A DNA stretch of 63,071 bases, the filler included, from Octopus bimaculoides (Eukaryota), in the NCBI RefSeq assembly GCF_001194135.2. It is 6 parts of 6 records of this genome, joined end to end, with 100 filler letters (N's around TTAATTAATTAA, not from the genome) between each part and the next. Parts side by side here need not be neighbours in the genome. Positions count along the whole stretch, not along the records: positions 1 to 17,391 come from NC_068990.1; positions 17,492 to 24,427 come from NC_068991.1; positions 24,528 to 37,756 come from NC_068994.1; 3 more parts are not named here. One strand, written 5' to 3'. A model generated the notes under the pieces. The model saw nothing but the letters and a program-made list of their open reading frames with translations, had not been told where the DNA came from and searched no databases. The position numbers and the translations under genes were made by a program. This document shows, in pieces, positions 14,041 to 26,578 of this stretch; the stretch's first letter is position 1; each line of letters begins with the position of its first letter.

Positions 14041-14777
14041 CATTCGAAGAGATGCTATTGCAGATGACGTATCTTAAAATAAGTGATATCCACTCAGATC
14101 ACACACATTTTCCCCATTTTTCCAGTCCAATATTTGCTATGGAAATATCTAGAAATATACGAAAGTGCTTTACTTTCAGGAGACACGAATAGAAATCTAC
14201 AATCAAGTTAAATATGCAAACTTCCTCATACTGTGATATATGCAAATAAGCACAACTTAAAGACTCTCTATTATTAAATCAGCCCTTTTTCCAAAATCTC
14301 CTTGGCCTAGTATACACATACACACATCTACACACACATACACACATACATATATACACACATACACACATACACACACATACGCGTACACACAGGCACA
14401 CGTTTCTTCTTTTTTTTCTATTTTCTAAGCAAATCTACGCTTTCCCCATTGACCTCCGTCTCCCCCATTAACCTCCGTCTCCCGCATGATGGCGCTACTG
14501 TTGTTTTATGAGATTCTTCTTGTCTTCATCAGTTGTGGAGAGAAAAGAAGGTTTTGGGGTTTGATAGCTTCCCTCGATAATGACCACGGGCTTGTTTCAT
14601 TCGTCAATTCACAAGAACTCTGCCTAATGTCCAGCTAGCACCGACCACCTATGCATCGACCAGCTAATGTCCGCCTAGCAGTGACCAACTCCATGGCTTA
14701 TGATTTCATTATTTTACACTTCCAGTGCAGAAAGCTTTTATAAAAGTTTCACTTCTAAAGATATTAACAGCTGGATC

Positions 14778-14903
14778 TTATTTAATCGACCCCGAAAGGA
14801 TGAAAGGCAAAGTCGACCTCGGCGGAATTTGAACTCAGAATACCGCTAAAGCATTTCGCCCGGCCAGCTAACGATTCTGCCCGCTCACGGCCTTCTCTCA
14901 CTC

Positions 14904-14947
<44 letters not shown>

Positions 14948-15166
14948 TAATAATGATAATAATCCTTTCTACTATTGGCACAAGGCCTGAAATTTGGAGG
15001 GAAGGGGGGCAAGTCAACTACCTCATCCTCCAGTGCTCAACTAGTATTTATTTTATCGATCCCGAAAGGGATGAAAAGCAAATCGATCTCGGCAGAATTT
15101 GAACTCAGAGAATAAAGACGGACGAAATGCCACTAAGTATTTTGTCCGACGTGCCAGTTCGCCTTG
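14778..15166 (-). mobile_element. Two tandem SINE family A copies separated by (AAT)n
   Basis: 14778-14895 is partial and 14961-15166 near full length; (AAT)n lies at 14903-14962. Confidence 0.88.
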
Positions 15167-16039
15167 TTCATAATGACAAATAAAAGCGAACCAAAATCAG
15201 CTCGAGACTTTAATACGAGTGACACCAAATAACAAACCCTTAATGTACAAGTAATATATAAAAGATCCGGAACACAGGAGATAGCAGGATAAGTTCTATA
15301 CCTTGGGGAAGGGAAAAGCGGTAATAAATAGACTTGATGTCTTTTAGATGGGAAATCCTTAAAATAAAAAAAGTAATTCAGAATAGAGAAGGAATGAAGA
15401 AAACCTCTCCCGATTATATCTCGAAGTGTAATTTGTGTGTTCACACACACTCTCTCTCCCTTACACACACACACATACACACACACACATACACACACAC
15501 ACACATACACACACACACGCACACATCTAGATCTAACGTGTAAACAGACGCCTTTGAATCTTGCATCACATATATTTTCTTTTTCTCTAACTTCTCTAAT
15601 TGCCTTTTCTTCTCTTTGATAAAGACAATCTCCTGAAACGTTAGATTCTCTCCTGTTTCATCCATTGACGTATTTAATTTCATTACACATTTCTTTGATT
15701 GTTCATCATTTTTTTTTTGTGTCGCTTTATATTTCTATGGGTTTTTTTCAGTCACGTGATTCGCTTTCTGATCTCATCTATTATTTGGTTGTTTACCTCC
15801 TCTTTGACCCATAGTAGTTCTCGCTTTATGTGTGGTTTTATCACTCTCTTTCTCTTTCTTTTCTCTCTCTCCCTCTCTCTCAGTATATATATACATATAT
15901 ATATACATATATATATATATGTGTGTGTGTGTGTGTATGGATGTGTGTCTGTGTGTATGCATGTATGCATGTGCATATGCACGGTTTTGGTTATAAAGTT
16001 TGTTAGATCATCAATTTCTTTATCGGTTAAGCCTTTTCC

Positions 16040-16740
16040 CTGTTGGTTTATGAGAATGTTGAGTTGAGACATTGTTTTTTGTTTGTTGGGGGTTGTTTAC
16101 TAATTTATAGCGGGTGGTGTCTTGAAGTAGAGTTAATGCGACATTTTCTTATTGTTCCATAATCATAATAACTAAAGCATCTGTCGTCTTCCATTCTGTT
16201 CGACCAGTGTTGGACTTTGATTTAAGACGTGGAAGTTCATTGTAATGGAAGGTGGATATAAACTCACATAATTTCTCTAATGTTTTCTTTCTCCGTTTTG
16301 TTGAGTTGTAATTGCCTTTGTGTACAATGGATTGTTTAGTGTTTTCTTTCTTGGAAAGTTCTTCCGTTAATCGTAATTTTCTACAAAAATCTGAGATGTC
16401 ATCTCATACTTCACTGACGTTAGAATACTGTGGTGTCGAAGTAAATTTCAGACCTTTTAAAAGGATTTTGGGATTTGTTCTTTTGAGAATTTTAGATTGC
16501 AAATTTTTATCCTTTTATCTTGTATCACCAGACGTCATGAAATCTTTCTTCTTGTATTAAAAATGGTTTGTGTCGTTTGTTCTTATGATTGTATTCCTAA
16601 GTCTGTAATTATATTCTTCGTTTCTTTCCAGTTATCGGGAATAATTTTTATCGTTTTTATGTCTGGATAAAGGCTGTTCATATCTAGGATAATTTCTCGT
16701 CATAATACCCTACACCTCATTATTTTACTTACCCAACACC
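16040..16740 (-). mobile_element. Penelope-like element, N-terminal/pre-RT fragment, degenerate
   Basis: ILLKGLKFTSTPQYSNVSEV*DDISDFCRKLRLTE...KSNTGRTEWK..ALVIM..LLQDTTRYKLV...GLTDKEIDDLTNFITK matches PLE motifs KGLKFTPTP, RKLRL.E and LT.KE.DYLTNF. Confidence 0.75.
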
Positions 16741-17336
16741 TTGTAAACAAAGAAGGGATATGTTTTAACATGCTCAATGGGAGTAAACTAATATTAATTG
16801 GTAACATTATTCTTCGACAAATTAATAAACAATAACTACTATTTATAACATTTTCGATAATGATTAGATTTTTTTAATTGAAGTCAAGTGTCAGTCTTTA
16901 TTACTCGTGACATAAAACGAGCGAAAAAAACACTGCAAAATGAATATGACATATCTCACTTTTCTAACTACTATTATGACATATTTAATGGAGGAAAGCT
17001 TTTGTGTGACCTTCTCGTGCGACTGTGGCAAGACCTTAATACATGAACATTGACCAATCAATTTGTAGGTAGACGTATAGCATTTTGGTTCGCATTCTTT
17101 CTTTAAAAACAAACAATATTTTTATAACAACGGTCAGAAAAGACATAATTCCTGACATAGCTCCATATATTATACACTTTTGAAAATCTCATGTAAAATG
17201 AGTCAAGTGTATTCTTATATTTTAAAATATAATTAAATTCTAATTAATTCTAATATATTCTCAGACCCTTTTAAACTTCACTTTTTTCTATTCCTCTGCT
17301 TATTTGGATTAATACCTATACATACATACATATATA

Positions 17337-17391
<55 letters not shown>

Positions 17392-17491
17392 NNNNNNNNN
17401 NNNNNNNNNNNNNNNNNNNNNNNNNNNNNNNNNNNTTAATTAATTAANNNNNNNNNNNNNNNNNNNNNNNNNNNNNNNNNNNNNNNNNNNN
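17392..17491. other. Artificial scaffold-joining spacer 1 (44N-TTAATTAATTAA-44N)
   Basis: Exact 100-bp structure repeated five times; the 12-mer places stops in all six frames. Confidence 0.97.
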
Positions 17492-17515
17492 ATATATGTA
17501 TATATATATATATAT

Positions 17516-17850
17516 GTTCAGTTCCACTGTGTAGCACTTTGGGCAAGTGTCCTCAGGTCGACCAAAGCCTTGTGAGTGGATTTGGTAGACGGAAACTGAA
17601 AGAAGCCCGTCGTATATATATGTATATATGTGTGTGTGTATATGTTTGTGTCTGTGTTTGTCCCCCTAACATCGCTTGACAACCGATGTTGGTATGGTTA
17701 TGTCCCCGTTACTTACCGGTTCGGCAAAAGTGATCGATAGAATAAGCACTAGGTTTACAAAGAATAAGTCCAGGGGTTGATCTGCTCGACCCCAGCATGG
17801 GGTGCTCCAGCACGGCCGCAGTCAAATGACTGAAACAAATAAAAGAATAT
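17516..17850 (+). mobile_element. SINE family B with a 12-bp deletion
   Basis: gggcaagtgtc^ctcaggtcgacc lacks the ttctactatagc present in other copies (e.g. near 40495). Confidence 0.92.
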
Positions 17851-18403
17851 ATTATTTACCTATCAATCCGTCTCTCTCTCTATCTCTCTCTCTCTCTGTG
17901 TAATATATGTGTGTGTGCGCACGCGCACGCGTGTATATATATATATATATATATATATACATGCATATACNNNNNNNNNNNNNNNNNNNNNNNNNNNNNN
18001 NNNNNNNNNNNNNNNNNNNNNNNNNNNNNNNNNNNNNNNNNNNNNNNNNNNNNNNNNNNNNNNNNNNNNNNNNNNNNNNNNNNNNNNNNNNNNNNNNNNN
18101 NNNNNNNNNNNNNNNNNNNNNNNNNNNNNNNNNNNNNNNNNNNNNNNNNNNNNNNNNNNNNNNNNNNNNNNNNNNNNNNNNNNNNNNNNNNNNNNNNNNN
18201 NNNNNNNNNNNNNNNNNNNNNNNNNNNNNNNNNNNNNNNNNNNNNNNNNNNNNNNNNNNNNNNNNNNNNNNNNNNNNNNNNNNNNNNNNNNNNNNNNNNN
18301 NNNNNNNNNNNNNNNNNNNNNNNNNNNNNNNNNNNNNNNNNNNNNNNNNNNNNNNNNNNNNNNNNNNNNNNNNNNNNNNNNNNNNNNNNNNNNNNNNNNN
18401 NNN

Positions 18404-18612
18404 CAAGCGATGTTAGGGGGACAAACACAGACACAAACATATACACATACACATATATACATATATATACGATGGGCTTCTTTCAGTTTCCGTCTACCAA
18501 ATCCACTCACAAGGCTTTGGTCGGCCTGAGGACACTTGCCCAAGGTGCTACACAGTGGGACTGAACACGGAACCATGTGGTAGGTAAGCAAGCTACTTTC
18601 CACACAGCCACA
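18404..18612 (-). mobile_element. SINE family B with the same 12-bp deletion, inverted
   Basis: 18404-18566 is the reverse complement of 17516-17678 with 5 substitutions in 163 bp. Confidence 0.92.
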
Positions 18613-18643
18613 CATGCACACACGCATACACACACACATATAT

Positions 18644-19075
18644 CTAAATTATAAAAGTGAGGATGTGTGTGCGTGTGTATAAACCTGCAGAAATTCTGAA
18701 GTTCGCAACTGATTTTCTCTAAACTGGGAACATACATGACTTATGTTCCAAAGATGGTCTTAGACTCTTAAAAGTTTTCACATAATGAGTAATGGGGCCT
18801 CTGGGGGCAGAAACACCCTTTCTCGAGGTACGTACGGCTGTCTGCATGGTCCATGCATTGCTTTCGTTCAAACTGGAAAAACAGCTACTGAAATGGTATA
18901 AGAAGGTTGTTATTAAATGGATTAACCAATGTAGACTTCAAAATGCGTTGTCTAAGTAGTAGCAATAATAGCCTGTTCCGTACTACCATAGGTAGCAATT
19001 GTTGGAATAAAAACCGCTTGGAACGCACTATGTTTATAATGAAAAATATACTAAAATATATTAAATCCTGAGCAA
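18644..19075 (+). mobile_element. Possible non-autonomous Helitron-like element, 3' end decayed
   Basis: The 5' end A|TCTAAATTATAAAAGTGAGGATGTGTG resembles the 5' end at 20332; atcctgagcaac near 19065 resembles the subterminal motif, but there is no CTAG. Confidence 0.4.
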
Positions 19076-20331
19076 CTATTCAACTATTTTCTTTTAGCTT
19101 CAGTATCAAAGTCTTCCTTCTAAGCATAGACGAAACTTATACAAATATTCTTCAGCTATTGATTACAAACTGAAATATCGCATGTACATTAGCCTACTAA
19201 TTTATGGTGTCTAAGACCCAACCACGTTAGTTAGAGACCGTGTCCTTAATGTGACCTTGTATGCCTGGATGCTGCATGCAGAATTGTTTTCGTTCGGGAG
19301 CTAAGTTGTCCCCACAATGATCACACGTTGTTTACTCGAAGGCGTAAATTAATTCAGAGACGGTCATCTTCTACCCACTAGCTGATTAGAAGTTTTTAAC
19401 TGAATGATTCGTTTGACTGGAATCATGGGAAAATGTTCTGTATGGATTATAGTAAATAAAATATAGTGGCCATAGTGACAGAAGAAGAAGTGAGTGTATT
19501 GGATGGGTTTAGGTAAAAGGAACATTATGTTTGTAAGTATTAACCTCTATCTGCTTTTTCCCACAAAAACAAATGTATCCTAAATTTGTGTTCTGTCATG
19601 ATTAGCAATTTAACCGACTTCTGCATTTCTGTCACGCGAATTGATCCAAGACGTCTTTATATCACTAGATTTAACGCTCCCTTCCTCCCTCACACCCATA
19701 CTATTGTGTTCTTTCATAAGAAATAAACGAAACGTCTCTATGCTGTCGCCAAAACTACCATTCTGAATTCCGCCATCCAAATTATTCCTCCTTCTGTCAA
19801 GAAAATGAACCCACTTCAATATTCCGCTATCGGAATTAACCCATCTAGCATCTGTTATTCTGTCAAGTAAATTAAACTACCTCTGTTATTATGTCAACAG
19901 AATTACCCCAACTCAGTTATTCGCTTATTCAGAAACTATTTGCAACAAAGCGTGCGACATTACATCAACACCGCCTTTCATTTAAATACGATTCCGGACA
20001 GATAAACATTCAAGATGTACCGATTAGCAACAACAAAAATATTATTTGGTCAAGATATACAATCATAATGGCCGCTGGATACTCAAGTGTAGCCAGTATG
20101 AAATTAATTCCATGACTGTTCGGACCTTTACAAATCATCCGTTACATACAAGTGGACAAGAAGACAAATTGTACAGCTGGTTGAATGGATGTCTTGCTAA
20201 TCGGCTGGCCGAATATTTTGTCATATTCTTATACAAAGGCTATCAAATATCTCAATTGTTATCACTAAAATGCGTTCCAGATTTGTTTAGAAATGCTGGA
20301 AAAAAGCCGAAGGGGAAGATTTAAAACTTAA

Positions 20332-20679
20332 TCTATATATATAAAGATGAGAATATGTGTCTGTCTGTCTGTGTGAATCCCTAAAACTTGAGAACTACAC
20401 AACCAATTTCATTTAAATTTTACACATGCCTTACTTAGGGTCCATGTAGTGTCATAGGCCCAAACATTTTTAACTTCTTGCCTAGTGCGAGCCCAGAGCA
20501 ATATCATATCTTCTCTACTATTTCAGTATTACGTGTCAAAAGCGAAACAATAATATCTCTTTATTGTAATGTCAATTATTTTCACTTTAATACTGAAACT
20601 ATTAAAGTGAAGCTATTATCTCACATATACAGGCCTACATACATATATACATACATACATATAATATATATATATTATG

Positions 20680-20714
<35 letters not shown>

Positions 20715-21033
20715 ATATATAGATACAGATGTATATACATATAATGTATATGTGTAGATGTATACATACAGATGTACATGTAATATGTACACATATATAT
20801 ACACATATATACATGCATACATATATACATCCATACACACACATACACACATATACACACACATATACATAGGTGCAGGTGTGGCTGTGTGGTAAGAAAC
20901 TTGGTTCCAAAACACATGGTCCTGGGTTCAGTCCCATTGTGTGGCGACTTGGCATGTGTCTTCTGCTATAGCCTCAGATCAACCAAAGCCTTGTGAGCTG
21001 ATTTCGTAGACAGAAACTGAAAGAAATCAATCG

Positions 21034-21064
<31 letters not shown>

Positions 21065-21260
21065 GTAAGTGTATGTGTGTCTTTGTCTCTGTGTTCCTCC
21101 CTCGTCACTGCTTCACAACTGCTGTTCATTTATTTACATCCCCATAACTTACTTGTTTGACAAGAAGAAACTGACAGAATAAGTACCAGGCTTATCAAAA
21201 AAATGAAAGTCTAATTCTTCAATTGCATGTAAAACAGGCAACGCCAAGTATCTCTGCTAG
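20332..21260 (+). mobile_element. Non-autonomous Helitron-like element carrying a microsatellite and SINE insertion
   Basis: Begins A|TCTATATATATAAAG...(GTCT)n and ends ggcaacgccaagtatctctgCTAG|T, i.e. 5'-TC...CTAG-3' inserted in an AT dinucleotide with no TSD. Confidence 0.7.
20872..21193 (+). mobile_element. SINE family B nested inside the Helitron-like element
   Basis: Head gtggctgtgtggtaag...ggttcagtccc, CORE, internal (TA)n and truncated right half. Confidence 0.88.
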
Positions 21261-21639
21261 TTTTCTATAAATCGTGGAAATCATGCTGGCGTGGCAGTGT
21301 TCCTAAAGAGTTCACTTTTTAATTATGCGGTTCCGAGTTCGACGTCGCATGAGTTTTCTAACAAAGCAACACGTCAACCAAGACGTTGTGATGAAAATTT
21401 AATAAACGGAAACTGAGCAGAATCCCCTGGGTTAATTGTGTGTATATACACACACACACACACACGCACGCACACGTATGTATGTTCTTTTCTATTTTTA
21501 ATTATTATTTGAGATCTTGTAAGGAAAGATCAGGTTTCTAGCAAAGATACAAAGATCTATTGTTGGAATGTAGACAATAAAAGAAATTTACATTATAAAC
21601 ATGAGAAAGTCTTGCATATTTTTACTGTTCCACATACAA

Positions 21640-22310
21640 AATGCATTTATGATGTGCAATTTAGCTTGTTGATTTCTTTTTCTGAAAATCCGAACTTATC
21701 CAGATTGTCACTTAGGCATTTACTCACACTGATCATTCTGAATGTACATATTAATGGTTTTCTATAAAATGTCTGCCTATTGTTCCAATAGTCAACTATT
21801 AGGTCCCTTTCAGGTGTTTTCCAATTGTGCAGTTTGTCTACAGCAATAGTGAAAGTTTCTGAGTCAACTGTGCATGTTTATAGTGTCGATGTTGGTTCAG
21901 TATTCTTTCCTAATTATATTTTTCCTAATTATATTGTATTAAGGTTGAAATCTCTCTTTTTATTCCAGATATTAGACCAGAATAATTCAAGATCTTTTTG
22001 AGAGAAAACTTTCTTAATTGTAATGTTTTTCTTTCTCATTTCTTCGGATAATGCTTGTGGGTTGGAAGCAAACTTATAACATACTGGATCGCTCAAAAAT
22101 TTTCCTACGGTAGCAAAGATTTTTGCTCAGTGTCCTGGGCTCGTACTTGAGAATGATTAGTTTTCCTTCAAGAGTTTGGTGGGAAGAGTTACCGGTATAG
22201 TTTTATTGATATTTACGTAAAATGTATTTGGTAAGATGTGAACTTATTTTTTCCCTTGCATTTTATTATCGTGGTTAACCAACCAATATGTTGAAGAAAA
22301 CGTTCAAAAC
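21640..22310 (-). mobile_element. R4/Dong-like non-LTR retrotransposon fragment (pre-RT and RT domain 0)
   Basis: FLQHIGWLT..; LEGKLIILK; KKVFSQKDLELFWSNIWNKK; VDSETFTIAVDKLHNWKTPERDLIVDYWNNRQTFYRK, compared with the R4-clade FWSNIW and L.NWKAPG.D.I..YW signatures. Confidence 0.75.
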
Positions 22311-22437
22311 CAAGGTATTTTAAACAGTCCCCAACGCCTGCATGTCTTATGTTGAAGGTGCCAAGTCTGTATGTAAGTCTATATGTCTGTCTGCAGGCAT
22401 GTATGTATGTATGTATGTATGTATGTATGTATGTATA

Positions 22438-22734
22438 TGTCTGTGCACACGTTTGAATGTGGTGTGTGCCAGAGGGTTTGCAAATCCAATGGGGGTCTTA
22501 AAAGACATGTTAGGATCCACAATGAGCAGAACTTATTTGCAGGTATTGGTAGTGCAAATCAGAGGTGCAATCTGTGTGGGTGTTTTTTCAAAACACTGTC
22601 TGGTTTAAAAAGCCACATCAGACGCCATGAAAGGGCTAAGGTGTAGGTGCAGGAGGTGGTCAAACTCTGTTTAAGGAGTAGATAACCACCATGTATGTAT
22701 GTATGTATGTATGTATGTATGTATGTATGTATGT
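22438..22734 (+). mobile_element. 5'-truncated LINE 3' end (probably RTE-like) encoding two intact C2H2 fingers, with (ATGT)n tail
   Basis: FECGVCQRVCKSNGGLKRHVRIH-(17 aa)-CNLCGCFFKTLSGLKSHIRRH ERAKV* (stop 22644-22646). A 44-nt 3'UTR with a terminal stem (GGTGGT...ACCACC) is followed by (ATGT)n. There is no TGEKP linker, and the GLxSHxR finger resembles the C-terminal finger of the RTE at 52.8 kb. Confidence 0.7.
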
Positions 22735-22806
22735 GTGTGTGCGTGTGTGCGCGTATATATGTATATGCGTATGCATGGATGGATGGATGGATGGATGGAC
22801 GGATGG

Positions 22807-22841
<35 letters not shown>

Positions 22842-23032
22842 TAGCTGCATGAGTGTGTTGTGGAAGGATGCGTCAAACCTTGTGACTTTTTTCTTACTTT
22901 CTGATTACGTTGCATTATGCTCAGCCGATATAACCGTTCGACCATGGGATATCGATAGAACAAATACCAGACATATGTACTGGAATCAATACAATCGATT
23001 AAAATCCTTTGATGGTTCCCCATCATAGGTGT

Positions 23033-23088
<56 letters not shown>

Positions 23089-23129
23089 AAGTACATATGC
23101 GAACATACAAAGAGACAGAGAAACAGAGA

Positions 23130-23400
23130 GAAAAACAGACAGATAGACAGACAGACACGCAGACAGACACGCAGACAGACACGAGGACAGACAGACAGGC
23201 AGACAGACACGAAGACAGACAGACACGCAGACAGACACGAGGACAGACAGACACGCAGACAGACACGAGGACAGACAGACACGCAGACAGACACGAGGAC
23301 AGACAGACACGCAGACAGACAGACACGCAGACAGACAGACACGCAGACAGACAGACACGCAGACAGACAGACACGCAGACAGACAGACACGCAGACAGAC
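23130..23400 (+). repeat. GACA-based minisatellite (CGCAGACAGACA / CGAGGACAGACAGACA units)
   Basis: Directly visible higher-order variant repeat. Confidence 0.9.
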
Positions 23401-23606
23401 ATGTATACATACGTGTGTCTGTATGTGTCCAAGCGTGTGCGTATAATTTGTGGGGAGCTAAGTATATATACATTTTCAGTGTATATGGATGACATTTTTT
23501 TCGTGTCCTGTGTCTGTCTATGTGTCTATATTTGTAATATCTCTTATCGTCTGACAACTCTGCGTCATATGACAATGTGTGTGTGTGTGTGCATATGACA
23601 CTCTGT

Positions 23607-23672
<66 letters not shown>

Positions 23673-24012
23673 CCTCTCTCTCTCTCGTGAGAGAGAGAGA
23701 GAGAGAGAACAAGAGTGCATGCATGCTACGAACGCATGTTTTGCTCCAACTATGATTCGCATCCAGAAATTGCGTTTAGAGATGAATGCGTCCCATTATT
23801 TCCTCCAGGTGGTGTTGTACTCAATCACCGTTGTCCCGTACAGCAGCAAATACATGAAGTCCCTTATAAACCATTTTTGCTGTTTGTATGGCTGGATGTA
23901 GTTGGATTAACATTAATCTCAAGAAGTAATATTATATGCGAAGTGGCAATTTCTCAGGAATTCTGTTATTCGTAAATTGGAAACTATTCTTAATTTAATT
24001 ATTGCCTTATTG

Positions 24013-24075
<63 letters not shown>

Positions 24076-24427
24076 CATGAATTTAAAAAATGGAAGCAAC
24101 GTCGATAGCTAAGGGAGATAATTAGTGGAGTAATTTAGTTATGTGTGTGAATCAAGATTTGTACACAACGACGTAGAAAACATTATTGAATACAATATTT
24201 TACACACTTTACTTTTTTTTTTTCTTTTCTTCTCTATTAAATTCTTTGTGCTTTTTGTGTGCAATTTCTGTTTATCGCGCCAATATCTACTCTTTCCTCC
24301 ATGTATTTAAACAAAGGTTTGCACATACACCTAAACACATGGATGTTGGGACGCTCGTGTGCAAGCGTATGTGTCTTAGTGTGTGTACATAAATCGACAA
24401 ATACGCGAACTATATCAGACTATATAT

Positions 24428-24527
24428 NNNNNNNNNNNNNNNNNNNNNNNNNNNNNNNNNNNNNNNNNNNNTTAATTAATTAANNNNNNNNNNNNNNNNN
24501 NNNNNNNNNNNNNNNNNNNNNNNNNNN
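24428..24527. other. Artificial scaffold-joining spacer 2
   Basis: 44N-TTAATTAATTAA-44N. Confidence 0.97.
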
Positions 24528-24661
24528 TTGTACCCTCAATTGACCTCCTAAAACAAATTTGAGTTATTTTCCTGCTAACGCCTTCGTACAGCTGGTACAA
24601 AGCTGTGAGCACCAGGCAACACTTTAGATATTATAACGCCCAATAAATAGAGCAACAAGCG

Positions 24662-24729
<68 letters not shown>

Positions 24730-24888
24730 GGGATAATAATAATTTCTTTTACATTTTTTCTTTTATTAGAATTTAGGAGACAATCACAGACAGGCACAAA
24801 ATGCGTGTGGGGCGGGGTTACATAAAAAAAAGGAATGAGGGGGAAAAATGCAAGAAAAATAAATGCTAGTGGTATATAGAATAAAGGT

Positions 24889-24924
<36 letters not shown>

Positions 24925-25069
24925 CGACGACGACATTGATGAAGAGAATAATGGCCACCTGACAAAGGAAGACCTCTGTCTGGAGCCAGCCGAGGAACCG
25001 CATCAGTCCAAGATCAGCTTGGACGCCAAGTGCAAGTGCCCTCTCCAGTTGTCGTCCTAATGACAATGA

Positions 25070-25111
<42 letters not shown>

Positions 25112-25126
25112 AGCAACAACAACAAC

Positions 25127-25158
<32 letters not shown>

Positions 25159-25318
25159 TAATAATAATAATAATAATAACAATGATAATATGATAATAAC
25201 AATTACAAAATAATTATAATAATAATATTTTGCTTCTTTATACGTTATTGAATTATTTGTATTTTGAGTATTATTATTGTTGTTGTTGTCATCATCATCA
25301 ACATCGTCATCGTCATCG

Positions 25319-25360
<42 letters not shown>

Positions 25361-25372
25361 ACATCGTCATCG

Positions 25373-25421
<49 letters not shown>

Positions 25422-25777
25422 TAATATTATCATTGTTATTATTAACTGTTAAATATTAATAACAGTGACAACGTGGTACAAAAGAAAAACAACAACAGTA
25501 ACAAAAGAGGACGATAATGAAGAATAGATTTATGGTTGGTTATTATAACGAGAACTCTGTTGTGGACATTCCATTTCACATGTGATCGGTGTTGAAATAT
25601 TTGTAGTAGCTCCATGTCATCTGAGTGCGTTGACATACATAAATACATTAGTCGAACAGAATAGATAAAATATTTGTGCCTTTTCTGAGCAGATTGGGAT
25701 AAACAAACCGTTTGAATTTTCGATGATCTGAATTAATCGTCATTGGTGGATCAGCCAATCAGATATTATAACGGTAT

Positions 25778-25815
<38 letters not shown>

Positions 25816-25957
25816 GTGTACATACATTACTACATACACACACACTCACACAATATACATATATATATATATCTTTCCCTTCCTGAGCGTCCAATAATAC
25901 TATCCATATCACGTCCTCACTTTGTTGTCTTTTTGTATTTTTGTTATTGTTTTTTTG

Positions 25958-26033
<76 letters not shown>

Positions 26034-26146
26034 GCGGCCCGAAACTATAGCAGAAGACACTTGCCCAAGGTGCAAGGCAGTGAGAATGAACTCTGAACCA
26101 TGTGGCTGGTAAGCAAGCTACTTACCACACAGCCACCACACTCTCC

Positions 26147-26183
<37 letters not shown>

Positions 26184-26272
26184 ATACACACACGCATACA
26201 TACATACATACATACATACATACATACATACATACATGTGTATGTATACATCTATCTATCTATCTATCTATA

Positions 26273-26578
26273 CAGTACCGTTCAAAAGTTTTCGGCCACT
26301 TTAAACTATTGTAAATTCCTACTAATTGCCAACTTATAAGATGATATTTCGCATTGCGTTTTTTACAGATGAAACATTGGCCCTGTTGGAGCCATTTACA
26401 TACCTACTCATATTTTGTAGTAGGGGTTCTGAATGAGAGACGATCACCAAAAATGGCCGCGCATATGTTTTCGCCCACTTCACATAAACCAATCGAGTTA
26501 CACTGTATTAAAAAAGAAAAATGTCTACAATGAAAGTTTATTACGTAATGTTCATTTCAAGAGGTTACTGTACATTGT
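26273..26578 (+). mobile_element. Tc1-like transposon terminus running into a gap
   Basis: TA|CAGTACCGTTCAAAAGTTTTCGGCCACTT is a Tc1-type TIR after a TA target; the partner TIR is not visible. Confidence 0.5.

Noticed and set aside
17436-17447. TTAATTAATTAA as a piggyBac TTAA site or regulatory palindrome
   Set aside because: It is always centred in exactly 44+44 N, so it is an assembly linker.
22383-22646. Host C2H2 transcription-factor gene
   Set aside because: The ATG lies in low-complexity DNA and the frame crosses a microsatellite; there is no TGEKP linker, and a short UTR plus repeat tail fits a LINE end better (kept as a finding).
24863-25060. Poly-Asp protein ORF
   Set aside because: The acidic tract is a (GAT)n microsatellite with a weak start and acceptor; only the unique 3' part was retained as an unexplained island.
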